Shown piece by piece: positions 22,447 to 37,400 of a DNA stretch of 64,000 bases; positions within the stretch are counted from its first letter, which is position 1, and each line of letters begins with the position of its first letter. Both the position numbers and the translations under genes were made by a program. Below the pieces are notes generated by a model. The model made no database searches. It was not told the origin of the DNA and worked only from the letters and a program-made list of their open reading frames with translations. Origin of the DNA: Iphione sp. A-MEVVRFRX5 (lineage: Eukaryota); assembly GCA_976226885.1 (NCBI GenBank), contig OZ320314.1, positions 40,486,001 through 40,550,000 of the forward strand, in the 5' to 3' direction.

Positions 22447-25400
22447 CTGCAGTGGAAAACAAACGCCTGAGATGGACAATCAAAATGTACATGAATCTTT
22501 TTCGAAATCAAACAAAATATTCACACATTATCACAGTTATTCTATTTTCCGTCTGACGGCCTAGGATCACTAATGGCCATGTAAGATACAGATTTTGTCG
22601 GTACATATATACCTGGTGAATCTGTAGCAAAGCTTTGGAATCTTGCATAATACTTATGTGTGCAGCTATATCATGTTTCTCTCCAACTTCACTGACCGTA
22701 CGAGACTAGCAAAATCAGCCAGGAACCATTGCCTACCGAATTAACAAGGTCTGTTTACTGTAATAGTCCAAGTGATGTTGCGCCCATCTTAAAGGACATT
22801 ATACACCATCCAAATCTCTACCACCACATGTAGCTCTCACCTCGGTAGATTCCCCTCACCCATCCCATGGCATATGATAACTGAATATCGTCCACGGGGA
22901 AAACCGGCCGTGTTAACTGGTAGTTGATGTCAGGCTCTGCCATTTGCGCCTTATAGGTTTCAGCCAGCCACCGTAGCGCGTCACTACTGAGGCTGAGGTT
23001 GCCCGGGAAGGGTAGCGGCCGGCCCTGGGTGTGGTGCCAGACCCCCGGGCGACTGAGTACGGCCAGGTGCAGCTGGGTCCAACGAGCCATGTCCTCAGCT
23101 GTACTATAGATAGAGCCGGCCGGGCCCAGTGGGGAAACCGTCCTGCAGAGAAAGAGAGAGGGAGAGAGTGACTGAGCAGTAGAACGACTAGAGTAGAAGG
23201 AGAGGCAGCACGTTACGGTGGTACTGACTCTGCAGGGAAAACGTAACGTTACATGTCTAAGTGTAGTTAGCTAGGACATGCATTTACAATATTTATTCAG
23301 GAACCTTGTTAGGTGTTGGCAATAGAGCTGTATGATGCTACATATGTGCATCATTTAAATGAAATACATGCACCTGTAGTGCTCTGGCTATACTGTTATG
23401 TGTATAGAGAAAATATAATAAGTTTGTAACAGGTACACGCATACTGTTCGTCATGAAGGTGCAGAAAGTGGAACCAATAATTTTCTTAATACCAAATATG
23501 TTTGCACATAATACCGTCGAATCAAAGAGTTCGATAGTGCCACATTTTATTAGAATATTACTCATTAATATACTGAGAACAATTTCCCTGGGTTTTGCAT
23601 GAAAACGCGAAATGCACAGATGATATGAAATGGTGCTAACTAGAGGGTTTTCGTCGTTGTTTTACCCTATTATTCATTATACATGTTTGAGAGAGACGGA
23701 GACGAATGTAGCGATTACGTCTGTTTGTATGTCTAGCTTCTGGCCTTTTTCCCCTCAACTGCTTAGGTTTCAAAGCCACATATATGTTCTGATGTATAGC
23801 AGTGGTTGCTAGCTGCAGGGTGGAGCCCTGGACGAAGCCAGTAAGCTGACTATTGGAAAATATGCTGAAGCCACGCGTTATACACGTGCTTTATCTATAT
23901 CTGAAATGAATATGTTGCACAAAGCGAGGCCCTCAAACCTGTGTAGCACGTTGATGCGCTTAGCACAATTAAGGAAGATAGCTTAACCCTATGTAGATAT
24001 TTATGAAATTATGGTTAAGTAAGAATTGATAAAAAAATTTACCCATGTGTGGTTTCGTTTTGACTCTCCCGTCTTCCTGATTGTATCATTCCCTACTGAG
24101 GTGATATACTCCCTATAATACCACCTGCTCGCACAATGCCAATAATGACATACCTTGGACCACACTAGTAAGTCACAGGCTTTTTACAATCCATTTTTAC
24201 AAAAAGGGCGGACCTCTGTCGATTTCATTTTTCAACATAGAAATGAAATCTAAATAGACCATTTCCAGCAAAACTATGAATAGGATGACTCAAATTTAAC
24301 TTTAAATGAAAGGTCTTTGCAAATACCCATCTTCTTGCAAGCCAGAACTCAAGGTAATGTTGGTTTGATGCAATCTGACCTATCACTTGTGTGCATTGGC
24401 TAAAAATTTATAAACATCCAGTTTCTAAGTGGAAAATTATTGCCAAGATTGCTTTAAAAACGTAGAATTAACCTGACTTTTTTTGCAGACCGTTCAGACA
24501 CAGTTTGAGAATATGGATATCCAAAAGGTTAATATGATCTTTTCAAACAAGTGAATAGTAACTTCAGACGACAAGATTGAAAGGAGAGGACAACCGTCTA
24601 AAGGGATTCAATTCTTTGCTGAAATTGAAGACCCATACTGCATAGAAATTGCTATATCCCAAATCCATCTCCTTTCTCCTTTGTATGTACCCCAGGGAGA
24701 TCAATTTTCAAAACGAATTAACACGTCGTGAGTATCCTGGACACGTAAAGACCAGTGACAGTACTGGCAGCAGTATTATTTTACTATTTATGTTGAAGGC
24801 ACCGTTTTTAGAACGTACAATGTACTCATGCCTGATCGCCTGTGGACCAACACCACTACAACACATGTATGAAAAAACTACTGTCCTGATCGTGTGCTGA
24901 TTACTAACACACGTCATGTGCATGGGACACGCAGTGCATCGACACAATTGTGGAAACCAGGCTTAACAGTGTAGCATATAGTAGAACTTCAGTAAGGGGC
25001 CATCTAAAGATAGGGACTATCTCCTAAAAAAGGCTGCCTATTCAAAGAATCAATCATCTTATTATATATTCAACGAATAAAAGTCTGACAGGGAGACCAG
25101 TCCCTCAATGAGGTAGGACCACTGATAGAAAGGTAACGTTGTTTTCCACAGCTAACCACCAGAATGGAAAACAGGAAACATAAGACCATGCCATTAATTA
25201 GAGTTGACTCATAAATACACATGAATGAGCTCTGTACATTTATATTTGTTAAATTGCAAAATGAAAACATTTATATCAACATATAGTAAGAGCCACCACA
25301 TGATGAAGAAATGATGAAAATAGTGTGGAGGGTGTGAATGATTTTAAGCAAGAGAGCAAAGAGGTGGGCGACCGCCGAAGTTTATTTATGCAGTATCCAA

Positions 25401-28400
25401 TTGGTGGGGGGCCATTTAAGAGGTCTCTCCCTACCGTCCCAGTCCCAATCACTCAGCACGAATGTACAATGCCACGTCCATGAAGAAGGTACCAACATGA
25501 GGAAAAAGCTAGCTGGAAGTGTGATTGGACATTTATGGAGAGGGACCTTGCAGACACACATTGAGTTGAGGAGTGACAAAGGTGAGTCATGAAGGGTTTG
25601 ACCTCAGTGACGTGAATATTGCAGTAGGCCATTACAGCAAATCAGTGAGTTCCAACCCCCCTTTAATAGACCACTTTGGGAAAAAAACCAAAACAAGATC
25701 TGTATCTCCTCTAATTTATTTGGTTTCTGCTAGCGGTAGAGGCACCACTATGAGTAAAATTAATTTTTCGAATTTGTATCGTCCTATAAGGAGAGTTATC
25801 AACTAATCGGTTTAGATTTGGAGGCGGAACCTACCTGGCAACCTCTGTGTCGACCGGGTGAACGGATCCATTGATGTGTACGTAGGGCCTTGCTAAACCC
25901 TCAGGCTCTGGAGTCTGGTCAATATAACCGGAGTTGCTCATGCCAAGTGGTTCGAAAATACGCTCCCGGTTGAGCTGCTCCCAGTCCGTTCCACCTGAGA
26001 GCAATTCAGAAGCATATCCAGCAATGGCAAACATATAGTTGTTGTAGATGAATCCTCCTCGGAAGGGCAGGGTAGGCGCCATGAATCGAACACGTCTGAA
26101 AGTAGCAGGAAGTGTTTTGTAGGCAATAGTAATGTAAAAATGCGAACGTGATGTTTCAGGGTTTATACTTTGAAGGCGTGACTGACAATCGATGAGAACC
26201 AATAATTACCTTTGGATGTACAGATCTTTTCGTGTAAACTTAGCGAAAACCTTTTTGAAAAATGGGCATTTTTTTCGCTGCTGCTTCCATTTTTCTTCGG
26301 TACTGAACTATACAGATTCATCTGACTGCTATATTCTACAAAAACAAAGCTAATGAGACACATTTATAATCGTCTACCCAACACAAATGGGCCTTACTCT
26401 GACAGGGTTGCGTGATGCATACATGGAAGGTTCTGTGTGAACAAAAGGTTTGGTCTGATGTTTTGTAATATAGTTTAACCTTGTTTGCTGAAAATGACTT
26501 GTGGCTCATCATGTATGTAAATTATAGTATGTTGAATACCCATATTACACTCACAAATATGAAAGGTTTAGTAAATAATGCCGTATTTGTCATGACTTGA
26601 CAAATTTACCATAGCCCCGACCTACAGTGGTCCATAACTTGTAACAAAGGCAGTGGGTGAACAGGATTTTGGTCCTTAGGCACAGAAAGACCTCAGAGAC
26701 CTGTTTGAAACAAGTGCACGGGGCAATCCCAGGTATTTTGTCAATTCTCAGTAATAGATGGTAGTATGGTACCATGGCAGGATATAGAAGAACAGCTAAA
26801 GACCTGTATAGCTACTTACTAGTTAAATGTACAATTTAACTGAAAATGAACAAATGAATTGATATATGTCATATATGGAAGGGCATGAGAATGGCTGGTT
26901 CCGAGCTCTGACCTACTGGAAGGTTTTAACGCCTTTTAACCATGACTATACAATTGAACAAAATGATTCTAAGCTTGTCATTGATTTTTCAAATGCTGGT
27001 CATTGTATTATCAGATGATACTGACTTTACGATAAATCAATATGAATTATAACATAACTGAAATTTAAATCTTTAGTTCAATAGGTTGCATACAAGATAG
27101 TTTCGATCTTTTCCTACATGAACAGTTTTACATAATGAGCAATTGCCCAATGATAATTTCACAATTTGAGTTTAGCATACTGTCTTTAGAATATTTCAAC
27201 ATCAACCATCATTTTACAGTTTGAGTTTAGCATGAAATCTTTTGTATGTGTCAACATCTAAATTTGTTCTATTCTTTCATGTTGACCCTCACATGATGGT
27301 CACATGATTACTCAATAACAATTCACAGTTTGAGTTTCGCATACTATCTTTCAACATCTGACAATTTATTTAACTGTGTAGGTAAACTGTTCCATTTTTT
27401 TGAGCCCATATAACAAAAGGAGTTCCTTGTGCTGCTCAGATGTGGTAGGGGTAAGTTTAGTTGCTGTGGCATACTAGTCTTCCTCCAGTGTGATCTTTAG
27501 GCTACATTCCCCTATCACTTCTATTCTATGGATACGATTAGTAGCTGGATATCACCCTTTACTTGAAGTGTGTTAAGATTTATTTTCCTTCTAAAAGATA
27601 ATGCACTTAATACTGGGCATGGTTGGAGTTCATGAATCTTCTTAGTTTTCTATAATCGGATATTTGCAGTTCATCAGTTAATGATTTATTCAATCGAGAT
27701 ATGAACAGTAACCCATACAGGGGCATTATATATGACTTAAACAATACAGCCCGATCTGCAAAAGGTAACAATTTTATCGAATTTGGCATAATGCCTTCTT
27801 ACCACCCCTTTCACTATTGATCTCCACTACAGTTTGCTATCAATGGTGTACTCAAGGAGTTTCAATTCATAAACTTTCATTATGACTTTGTCATATACAG
27901 TAATCCCAGTCTACAGGAGGATTTTGTCTTATTCAAGGAAACAAGCAAAACCTATCCCAGCCTCTTTTAGGATTTGAGGTATTACGGAATGCTTTTTTTT
28001 AATATTGGATATTGGAACAGTTTATTTCTGAAGAGTGATCATACTTATCATAGGGACATAGCTTCAGATTTTTATGCGTGTGACAATAAATATATAATGT
28101 AATGAAATGATATGGTTATTGTTTTATTACATATTACATTTATTAAATACAATTATAAAATACTACCTGCTGTTCTGATTATATTTACATTTCTTCCTTG
28201 AAGATCATATCATACCTATGATCAGATAATACCGATAATATGAATAATAAAATATTCTTAATTAACTTTCAAATTTCTTCTTATGGCATTTAATGTTATT
28301 TAACTGGGTATTAACCAACACTCAGTTGAACCAACTCCACATATATTGACATACTTTAATAACTGATCATATTTAGAAACCTTGTATATTCTCTTTCCTC

Positions 28401-31400
28401 TTCTTGTTGTAGTAATATTTTAAATTTCTCTTAAACTGCATGATGTTACCTACATTTTCAAATACATTTGGAGCCAATTGATTCCAATAAGCAAGACTCT
28501 GGTAATATGGCAATTTTCTAAATCATTCCAATTTAACCACTGGATTTTTTAGTTTAAATCTGTTACACTCCCGAATAGTACTTCTTTTATTCATTTCAGT
28601 TTTTTTGCCCAATGTCACTACTATGATATAACCACATAATACTTAACATTTGTATCTCTCTTCTCTCATCAAGAGGTGACATTCCAAGCGTACAATACAC
28701 ATCTACACATGATGTTCGCAGTATTTTCGGACACCTGTTTTCAAAAGTTGAAATCAGCTTCAAGTAATTTTTATCATTGGTATGGCAACAGCTTAAAGTA
28801 TACTCCAATACTGGTACAATATATGTTTTGATAATCAATTTTCCTAGACAAGCTGGTATATATCTTTTTAATTTTTGTAGGTAACAAAATTTCCAAGTGA
28901 TGCTCTTTAGCTTACAAAAGACGAATGACTCAAGTTTTAGATTTTCATCAATTTCGACCCCCCAAATAAACTTTTTACAATTTCAATGCGTTCTTGGTCT
29001 ATGTATCAATTAATCTTTCCATTCACATCAGTAGGTATGTTTTTATAACTGTAGAGTACAATTTGTGTCTTTTTTACATTCACCACAATGTGATTCATTT
29101 CAAACCACATCGCTAGTTGATCTACCATACATGGCATTCTCAAGTTTATGTCTACAACATTCTTTCCACTGACATACACCATCGTGTCATCAGCATAGAG
29201 TTGTGTTTTCCCTCCTGGTACAAATCTGGGCAAGTCATTGATAAATATACTAAACATGATGGGGCCTAGTGTGGCCCTCTGCAGAACTCAACATTCAATG
29301 TATTGACATTTACTAAAAACTCCATTTACCTTTGTTATTATTTGCCTATTATTATGATAGCTTTGGAACCACTTTCTTTCTTTAACCACCCCTATTTTAA
29401 ACAATTTTTTGAGGACTATTCTGTGATTCACACTGCCGAATGCCTTTCAGCAATCAACATACACAGCACCCACAATACTCTTTTTATTCCAGGCAGTATA
29501 AATATTATCTATTAGAGAATGTACTGCTATCATAGTACTTTGCCCATGTCAAATGCATGTGAAAAATACAGAGCAAAAGTGGCTATTCTTGTCTAGTGCT
29601 TCATAGGTATCATGCAGCCACAGTGATACAGCTGTACCTGTGTCTCTATTTTCTTCTGTAAACCTATGCTGGGATGAAGAAACGTATTTACTGGCTTTTA
29701 GGTACTGGGATATCTGATGTTCAACAATTTGTTCAACTGTTTCCCCATACATAGCATAGTTTTCCAACAGGTTGGACAGCCACCCTCCAGAATGCAACGA
29801 TTTACAATTCTGCTGGACATTTAAATGGCAATTATTAGGGAATTTTTTAGAGCTCTCCTTGGCAGTTTACCATGGCCACTACTTGGTATCCAGCCAGCAA
29901 GCAACCCTCAACACGGCCGTGGGGGATACCCTATCTAGGTCCCACACAGGTATTTTTTCATTTGGTGCAGATTCAGTGACTAAGTTACGAAACATTGCCT
30001 CAGCCATTTACATGGGTTTCTCAAGGAAGTCAAATAAGAAATGTCGGAACTTCCTCCTTTACCCAGTCCGCTCCCTATTTTAATCTGAATTTAGCCCTCC
30101 CGGTATTTTACACACATTACTGAATTAAAATTGTATTTTATAGTGCTGAATTTTAAGATTCTATCCGCTAACATTATTGAGGTGTAAACAATGTGGCATT
30201 TCCCTAATGTTGCAGGTAAGGAAGTAATTCTATCGTTCCAGTCATATCGAGTACAACTGTATAATATGTATGCATATAAAATATTTATCATCGTGCGTAG
30301 ACGCATACCTCACTATTTGGATATCCTCCATTTCTGGTAATTTTATCTGGGTTACAAAAACATGTACCTAAAACCAAGGCTTATGAAATGAGTTAACAGA
30401 ACTGGATGCTATTTAGATGAGGAAGTATAATTTTATAGGAATTGCCATAACTTATTCAAGGCAGGAGCAGCTATCAGATAAAGGTCTTGTGTGTCTCGGC
30501 AGATATCCTCTCAAAGGTCATGGGGTTTTGAATGATAATATTAATACCATTCTAAGCGTTTTGTATTAAATGTATACTGATACGTATTCGTTCTTGTAAT
30601 TGGGGACGAAAATAAGATATTGTAGCTATTTGACACGTGTTTGACATGCGCCTCAAGGCACCATGCATCCTTTAAAAAGTGAATGCCTTCAAGTACACTC
30701 GTTTTCCATGGGAATGAATTGAGGCCTTATAGGGTTAAACAATGCATACCTATCCATATTTCAGACGGATGCTTCCTTCAGATGGTGACTGAATCTTATA
30801 TCAGCAAAAAAGGTAAGGTACGACTTGTATTCTTGGAGATATGCACTATCTAGACTTGGTTGCATCCTCCAGGATAGAGCGTATCCCTAGCGGTACACGG
30901 ATGAATAATAACATTTTTGTAAGCTGAACATTATATTTATGTCAGAAGTCTTCAGTCATCAGTTTACCATTGAGTTGTAGGTCTGTCAATATGAATTAGT
31001 CAAACCCTTTGTATTAATAGTTTGCTTAGAATATTGATTTGGAATCAGATGGTTTCTTCGACAAAAATTACGTCACTCTTTATTCTTCAAAGAACTATGA
31101 CATCCCATTCTACAGCCATAGTTGACTATTTCCATTCCAGCCATTCATCCTCACTGGGATGAATTAATCTATTTATTACCTTGAGGACGTGACTATGTGA
31201 AAAACAAACATTTTAAGAAAACACATCAGATGATTATTGAAAGGAACTGTGGCAACAGCGAAGAGCCTACACTGTATGACAATTTATTACAAATATAGGC
31301 CTTTTCTTAACACGCTGTCGTCTTGAGATGATAGGAAGAAAATGATCCAAATCCTCATTAGACTGAAACCTTACCTGTCCATGCACTGCATGATGATCTG

Positions 31401-34400
31401 TATAGCCAGACTCTTGCCAGTGTTTGTTCTTGCTAATTCCTATGCTTTTTAACGCTGCCCTTGAAGATCCAAACCCTTAGGGGGCTTTTCCATGTGTATG
31501 ACAACTTTGTTTGATGTGGGGCCCCAGTGTAGGAAGTCCATACATGTGTACGCCAGAGAGAGACGTTTTTGCATTCATTTAGTGTGTTTGTGAGGGGATG
31601 TTTGTTCCTTAAAGCTGTGTGTTTTGCGTGCTACTAGCAAGCAGTTCTGTACAAATCTGTTAAAACTGTGTTTTATATGCTGATTGCAAAGAATTTTGAC
31701 CAATCCTGTTAAAACTTTTTTTTTTGTGCCACTGGCAAGGAATTATAAGGAAATGGTCTTTTTTATGCAAATTATATGCAAATGAGAAAATATTTCACAT
31801 CATCTAAAATGTGTAAGACAGTGTTCCTCTTTCTTTAATCTCTCATTTCCCTAACCTACTCTCCACGTACTTGGCGTGGGAAAACCGGATGACTGCTGGT
31901 TTAGAATATGCATATGACCCTGGGCCCAGTAAATTTATCACAAAGGTAAGAGTCACTATAACTTACTTCTAGCAGATTTCCTGCGGTCTGAGCCCTGCGT
32001 GTGGGGCTGGAGACTATATACACATGGAAGGACTGCCCTATAAAATGTTCCTCTCCAGGATTGGACAAGCATAGATGTATTTCACAGGATGCACTAGTGA
32101 GGTTGAGTCCCCTCGCACTCTTTAAACCCCTTACTTCATAAGACATTATTGTGAAATACACGCAGGGGTGGGGCATAAGGGACTCAATCCAAGAGGCCTG
32201 TAGTACAGACTCTTCGTGAATTAGAAGACTGCACAGCTTGTCAGTTCTGATTAACTTTATTTCACAAAACCATTTCCTTATGCATTGCCAACAAACGAGG
32301 CATGGTTATAAAAAAGTTACTAACCAAAATATTTTGGATGCAGTTATTTTGCCAAAATTAGCATAAAACTTTCTGAGAAGGGTCCAGGTATTTTAGACAG
32401 ACCGCTATGTGCTAAAATGAGATACTCTCTGATGGCATTCTCAGCAGTCTATATCCTGTGAAAGATATAATTTTGGTGGGTGGTCTAAAGCAGCATTCTA
32501 TTGCCCTACATTTACATTAAGATGAACATAATGTCATCTGTCAGCTGTGACATGTTAAGACACACAATTAAATGATTGCATGCTCTAGTGTCATGTCAAT
32601 ACAAATTACCCCACAAGTCCATTGTTGAAAGACATCAAACTGGCCTGTGGTACTCATTGTTCTCATGTTGACCCATAATCAATGCCTCAAACTCAGTGTT
32701 TGCCTGTCATATGCTTGTTTCAAATCAGACAATATGCCCAGCTTGTCTAGGGCCTGGCTTCCATATCTGCATCAGTGTGCAGTGCATTTTGAGTGCATTG
32801 GCTTGCATATTTATAGAACAGATTGAATCCATTGGGAGGTCTTGTGTCATTATCCAATAATTTGAACAAAAATGAACACCAGTGCGCCAGTAGGACACAA
32901 GAGTTTTTCAAATATTAGACAATTTATCCTAGATGATGTTAAAACACATGTCCAAACTTTTTCCCATCAAACTCACTGTCTAGAACTTTTCCCGTCAAAT
33001 TCGTCATGTTAAGCACTTTTCCCAATCAATTTGTCAACATTTAGCAATTTTTCTCATCAAAGTCACCACTTGAGCTCTTTTTCCCATCAAATGTGTTGCT
33101 TGTAGCACCTTTTTGTTTCCATATAGAGCACTTTTTACTTAATCTACTATAATTATGTTCACTAAGGTTCTGGCCTTTAACAATAATATAACACAATGCT
33201 ACACAATGTTACACTGCCTCAAAAGACACCCCTTTGTGTGAGGGTCCAGAGATTGTAGATGCATGGTAATATACCAAGCATCTCCTGCATGTACCGGATC
33301 CTATTGCACATATGGAAACCAGGTCTAACCAATGGCATCTAACTGCTGTGTGTAGATGCAATCTTCCCACATGGCAATGCACAACCCCACAGGCTTCGTT
33401 GGTAAGAGTATGGACTGATAAGGGAGTCAAGGTACAGATTGGCAAGGCTATGGACGGTCGATCAGTGGACTCTTTTGAGAGTAAATCTATTTTAGCAGAC
33501 ACATTTCCTAGGCACACGTTTTCGATGGTATAAAAGCTTCTTGCAACCTATGCAATAATCCTTTGATCATGGCTGGCGTAAAATAAATAAATAAATGTCC
33601 ATACATGTAGACTCAATTACACAAAGCAAGTTTTGAACTTGCACACATATACAGTTGAGAGCCCCATAGGATAGAAAGCTTCAGAATGGCCATGTTGGGT
33701 CTCTTCCATGGTTTGGTTTCTTTAGAGGGAAATGAATGAGTTTGTCTTATTGATCTTGGTCTTTCCCCTGGTTTGGTCTGTCCTGTGATCTGGGCTTTAA
33801 CTGAGTCTCCACTGTATACCGGTATGTTTATTCAAATATAGTAGCAACTCATCCTGTGGGAAACTTAACTACAAGGGCAACCGAGAATAATGGGCAATTT
33901 TGGTGTTCCCAGGAATGAAATAAAAACAACTCCCTAACAAGGGCAACACAATATGAAGGGCAGAATCTCTGGTCGCTTCGGACGTTGTGTTTGAAAGTTT
34001 CTATTATATAAAATTAATACAATATATGATTGTGTGTGTATTGTTGCTCTCCAAAAGGAGACTGAATATAATTAGGCCTCTCGAAAATTGGCGTGTTTCT
34101 CATTACCCTCCCCTTACCTATGAAAGCCTTGCCCTACCTAAAATTTATTTCCCCCCAAACAGTCCCTGATGCACAATTCAGGTAAGAGAAAAGCAGGGAA
34201 ATATACAAGGCAACATATAATAGACTTTAAATCTTCAAATTTAGTAAAGCAATGTGCATTTTTCTACAGAGTACAACAGAGTTTTTTTCAGCCTATTCTA
34301 GAGAGAGGATCTGCTTCTACTGCTATGATATTCCTTATTATTATAATGACTGGCATTCAGAAAGGAGGAAATTTCTATTAGAGAAGTATTAGTCTATGTA

Positions 34401-37400
34401 CCCTATGTGCAAGACTTGTAATGTTAATAGGTGTGAACTAACTTATGCAAGGCCTTATGCAAATAAAAAATGAAAGAGCCACCAATATGTATGATTCTAA
34501 ATCCAAGGTAATGACCTCCACAAAGTGATGCACAAATTATTTTGATTCAGCTTCCATTATATGAGAGCAGACCATTTAGTTTTGTCTGCATTTTGTTTTA
34601 AGGTGCTGAAGCTTGATAACAGCTAAACTATCAAAGAACAGAGATACAATTTTTAAACACGCGAAGATATAATTGTGAGGGGAAAGGCTGATACAATATG
34701 GTATACATACACTGCCAGCCATACCCTCAGGTCTACCAACACCTGAGGAAGTGTCAGTGAACGGCTGGCTGAAAACGGAAGAATGGTCATGGATACTGCC
34801 CGATATAGCCTAAGATCTTACAACACCTGAACTGGGTCTGAAGGATTGGCTGGCATAAGTCAGGAGAAATTTCATGTCAACCACATCTTCAGATCTACCA
34901 ACAGAAACACATTTATTTTTGGGGGCACCTTATGGTACATTGTCCGTTTGTAAAGTGCCATTGGAAATGGCAACACGACAGAGTTACACATGTAAAAAAT
35001 ACATGTGGCAATGCCGACAAACATGTTTTTATTTCAAATCTCTTTTTCCTCTTCTTTTCTCTTTCAATTGATTCGACACATTATTCTCTACAGGTACAAT
35101 TATTCTTTATGCAACACTAGTTCTAAAACTATAGCTCGAATCGAGTGGTTTTGCAAATTGCGACTGACTACGTTTACTGCTTTTCGGAGGCCGCACCGCC
35201 AAGGGTCTCATAGCACGCCTCGAAGGGATCATAGAGCGTGCTCCCTTCCTCAACACATTGCACTTCGGCCTCTCTACACTGTAAAAAAAAGTGTTAAGCT
35301 TTAACCACGTTTTGTCTACCACTTGTGATGAATCTTAATGTGTTAATAGAAATTAACACCTATATATGTCAACAGAAATGGACGGTTTAAATAATATGGC
35401 TTATAACACTTTTGAAACACTTTCATAGCCTTTATGGGAAAAAAAGACACGTTGTTTAATTGCATTTAAATCCATAGGTTAATGTGGCTATTACACATTA
35501 ACACCAGCGTATTGACAGTGTTAATAATTCAATTTTTGTATTGGTATCAACACGCTGACTATGTTATTGCCGAAAAGAAAAATCGTCAGTGCAGGAAGTT
35601 TGAAAACCAGTCGAGTCACGAGCCAGCGTTTTCTGTACGTCTCTCGTCAGCGCTCTTCATTCATGCCATATTCCTCTTTCAAGGTGCCGGTCATATAAAA
35701 GGATGTAAAGTTTCTCTAATACGCAAAAGTCTACATCTCAGCTCGGGGCGGCTACTTGAACCATTCAAGGATTGCCCATTGCCGTTAAGAATCCATGTTA
35801 TATTCATGTGTCTGTCAAGATCAATTACCCGTAAACTGCTTCATTTTCATATTGTTGTTTTCTTTTATCTTGCTTTTGTTGTATTCATCGGAATGATGCA
35901 TGCAGTGATCACATCTTTGATTACTGGCAATGGACCATAGACTGAATCTGTACATCTCAGGCCGTTAGCGACCGAGTTTTCGGGTGGTCGCCATATGCTG
36001 AAGATACAGTGTGCAGTTCTAATCCTCTAAGCGAAGTGCATGAAGCCTTACGCAGCTAAATTAAGCATGTTTTTGACACATACGAAAGATATAATATTTC
36101 TATGCTGTAGATCTATTCCAGTAAAAGAAGTGTATGGTTAAACTGATCATACATTATCGTTTCTAAAATATATATGTCCTTGTTAATGGAAGGACATAAT
36201 TACACGTGTTCTTGAATAGCATATGAAACTACATGTATATAATATCGAAAAAACGTTATTCATATTACTAGCATGGAAGTTCCATATAATAGAAAATAGT
36301 TAAGTTTAGAATGTATCCACAAAATACTACAAACTGCAGGAATGAAATCGCTTCAAACAACTTCCCTCTCACCTATTCTCCACATAAAATCCTGTTTCCT
36401 TCCAAGTACAGGCATGCCACAGGCAACCTCAGTACAGACAAAGCTAGTATTTCCGACATTAATTTCCAACAAATGTGTGTATGTCTTCACTATAATGCCC
36501 TGCATATCCGACAATTCGTGTACAACCAATCGTATCAGGTGTCATCTTTACTGTCGGTTGTACGGGTCGGCTCGACTTATATACATGGTATTACCTAATA
36601 GTTGCAGAGGCTTACTTACTGGATGAGCTCTCGACGAGTCGTCGATTCGGGATAGCCTACAAGGAGGGGCATAAAGTAGCCTGGCACACCCAACTTGTGC
36701 CCGAGAAGGTCTCGCATGCTGGTCTGACTGGACCTGATGTCGTCGCTTAAGGTAATGTCACTGTTCGGGTAACAGTGAATTGGTGTATCCCAATCAATGC
36801 TGTCAGTAAGGACGAAAAAGAAACAGAGAACAGGTACATGTATATAGTACTTTATCCGAGGAAACATTTGAATTGCTTCAGGCAGAGTGTGTGACTCGGG
36901 CTTGCTGGCTTGCCTATAGATGCAACGGATTAGTAGAAGAAATTCGTAGAAGAAATTTGTCAATTCTGCGTAATGGTTTTGTCAGTATTGAACAATTCGT
37001 TGGAAAACCATCTTTAATTAAAAAATTTGGTACTATATATATTTATATTTTGGGAATTATGGCTGTTATCAGAGCTAGGACTATAATCAATTTCGTATTT
37101 GGATTTAAGAAGTACAGGAAGGACGAAGTTGTTGCTGACTTCAGGTCGGACTTTAAGTTACTGAAAATAGGTTACAATCTTGCTGTTTCAACAGACCATG
37201 CCAGGAACACTAGGGATTCTTTAAGGAAAACTATACATGTGGCCAGGCCTAGGAGGGCAATGTTTAAAAGATCAATGAGGTATGTGATTGCACAACTGTG
37301 GCAGAAGGTGGACGATATATTTTGTCATACAAGGTGCAGTGAGAGGGAGGCAAGAGGGGTGACATCTTTCTCTTCTCCTTTGAAATAAACTTGGGGTAAA

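Noticed and set aside
21250-22511. Overlapping ORFs (179, 139, 102 aa etc.) across the hydrolase last exon
   Set aside because: Alternative frames of the real exon.
33209-33533. Protein-like frame (PEIVDAW*YTKHLL...CRCNLPTW...) in intron 2
   Set aside because: Contains a stop and I cannot assign it; may be a transposase relic but unsupported.
35276-35520. CACTGT...ACAGTG possible CACTA/CMC-type MITE
   Set aside because: Only 6-bp terminal match and flanks disagree (TA vs TT).
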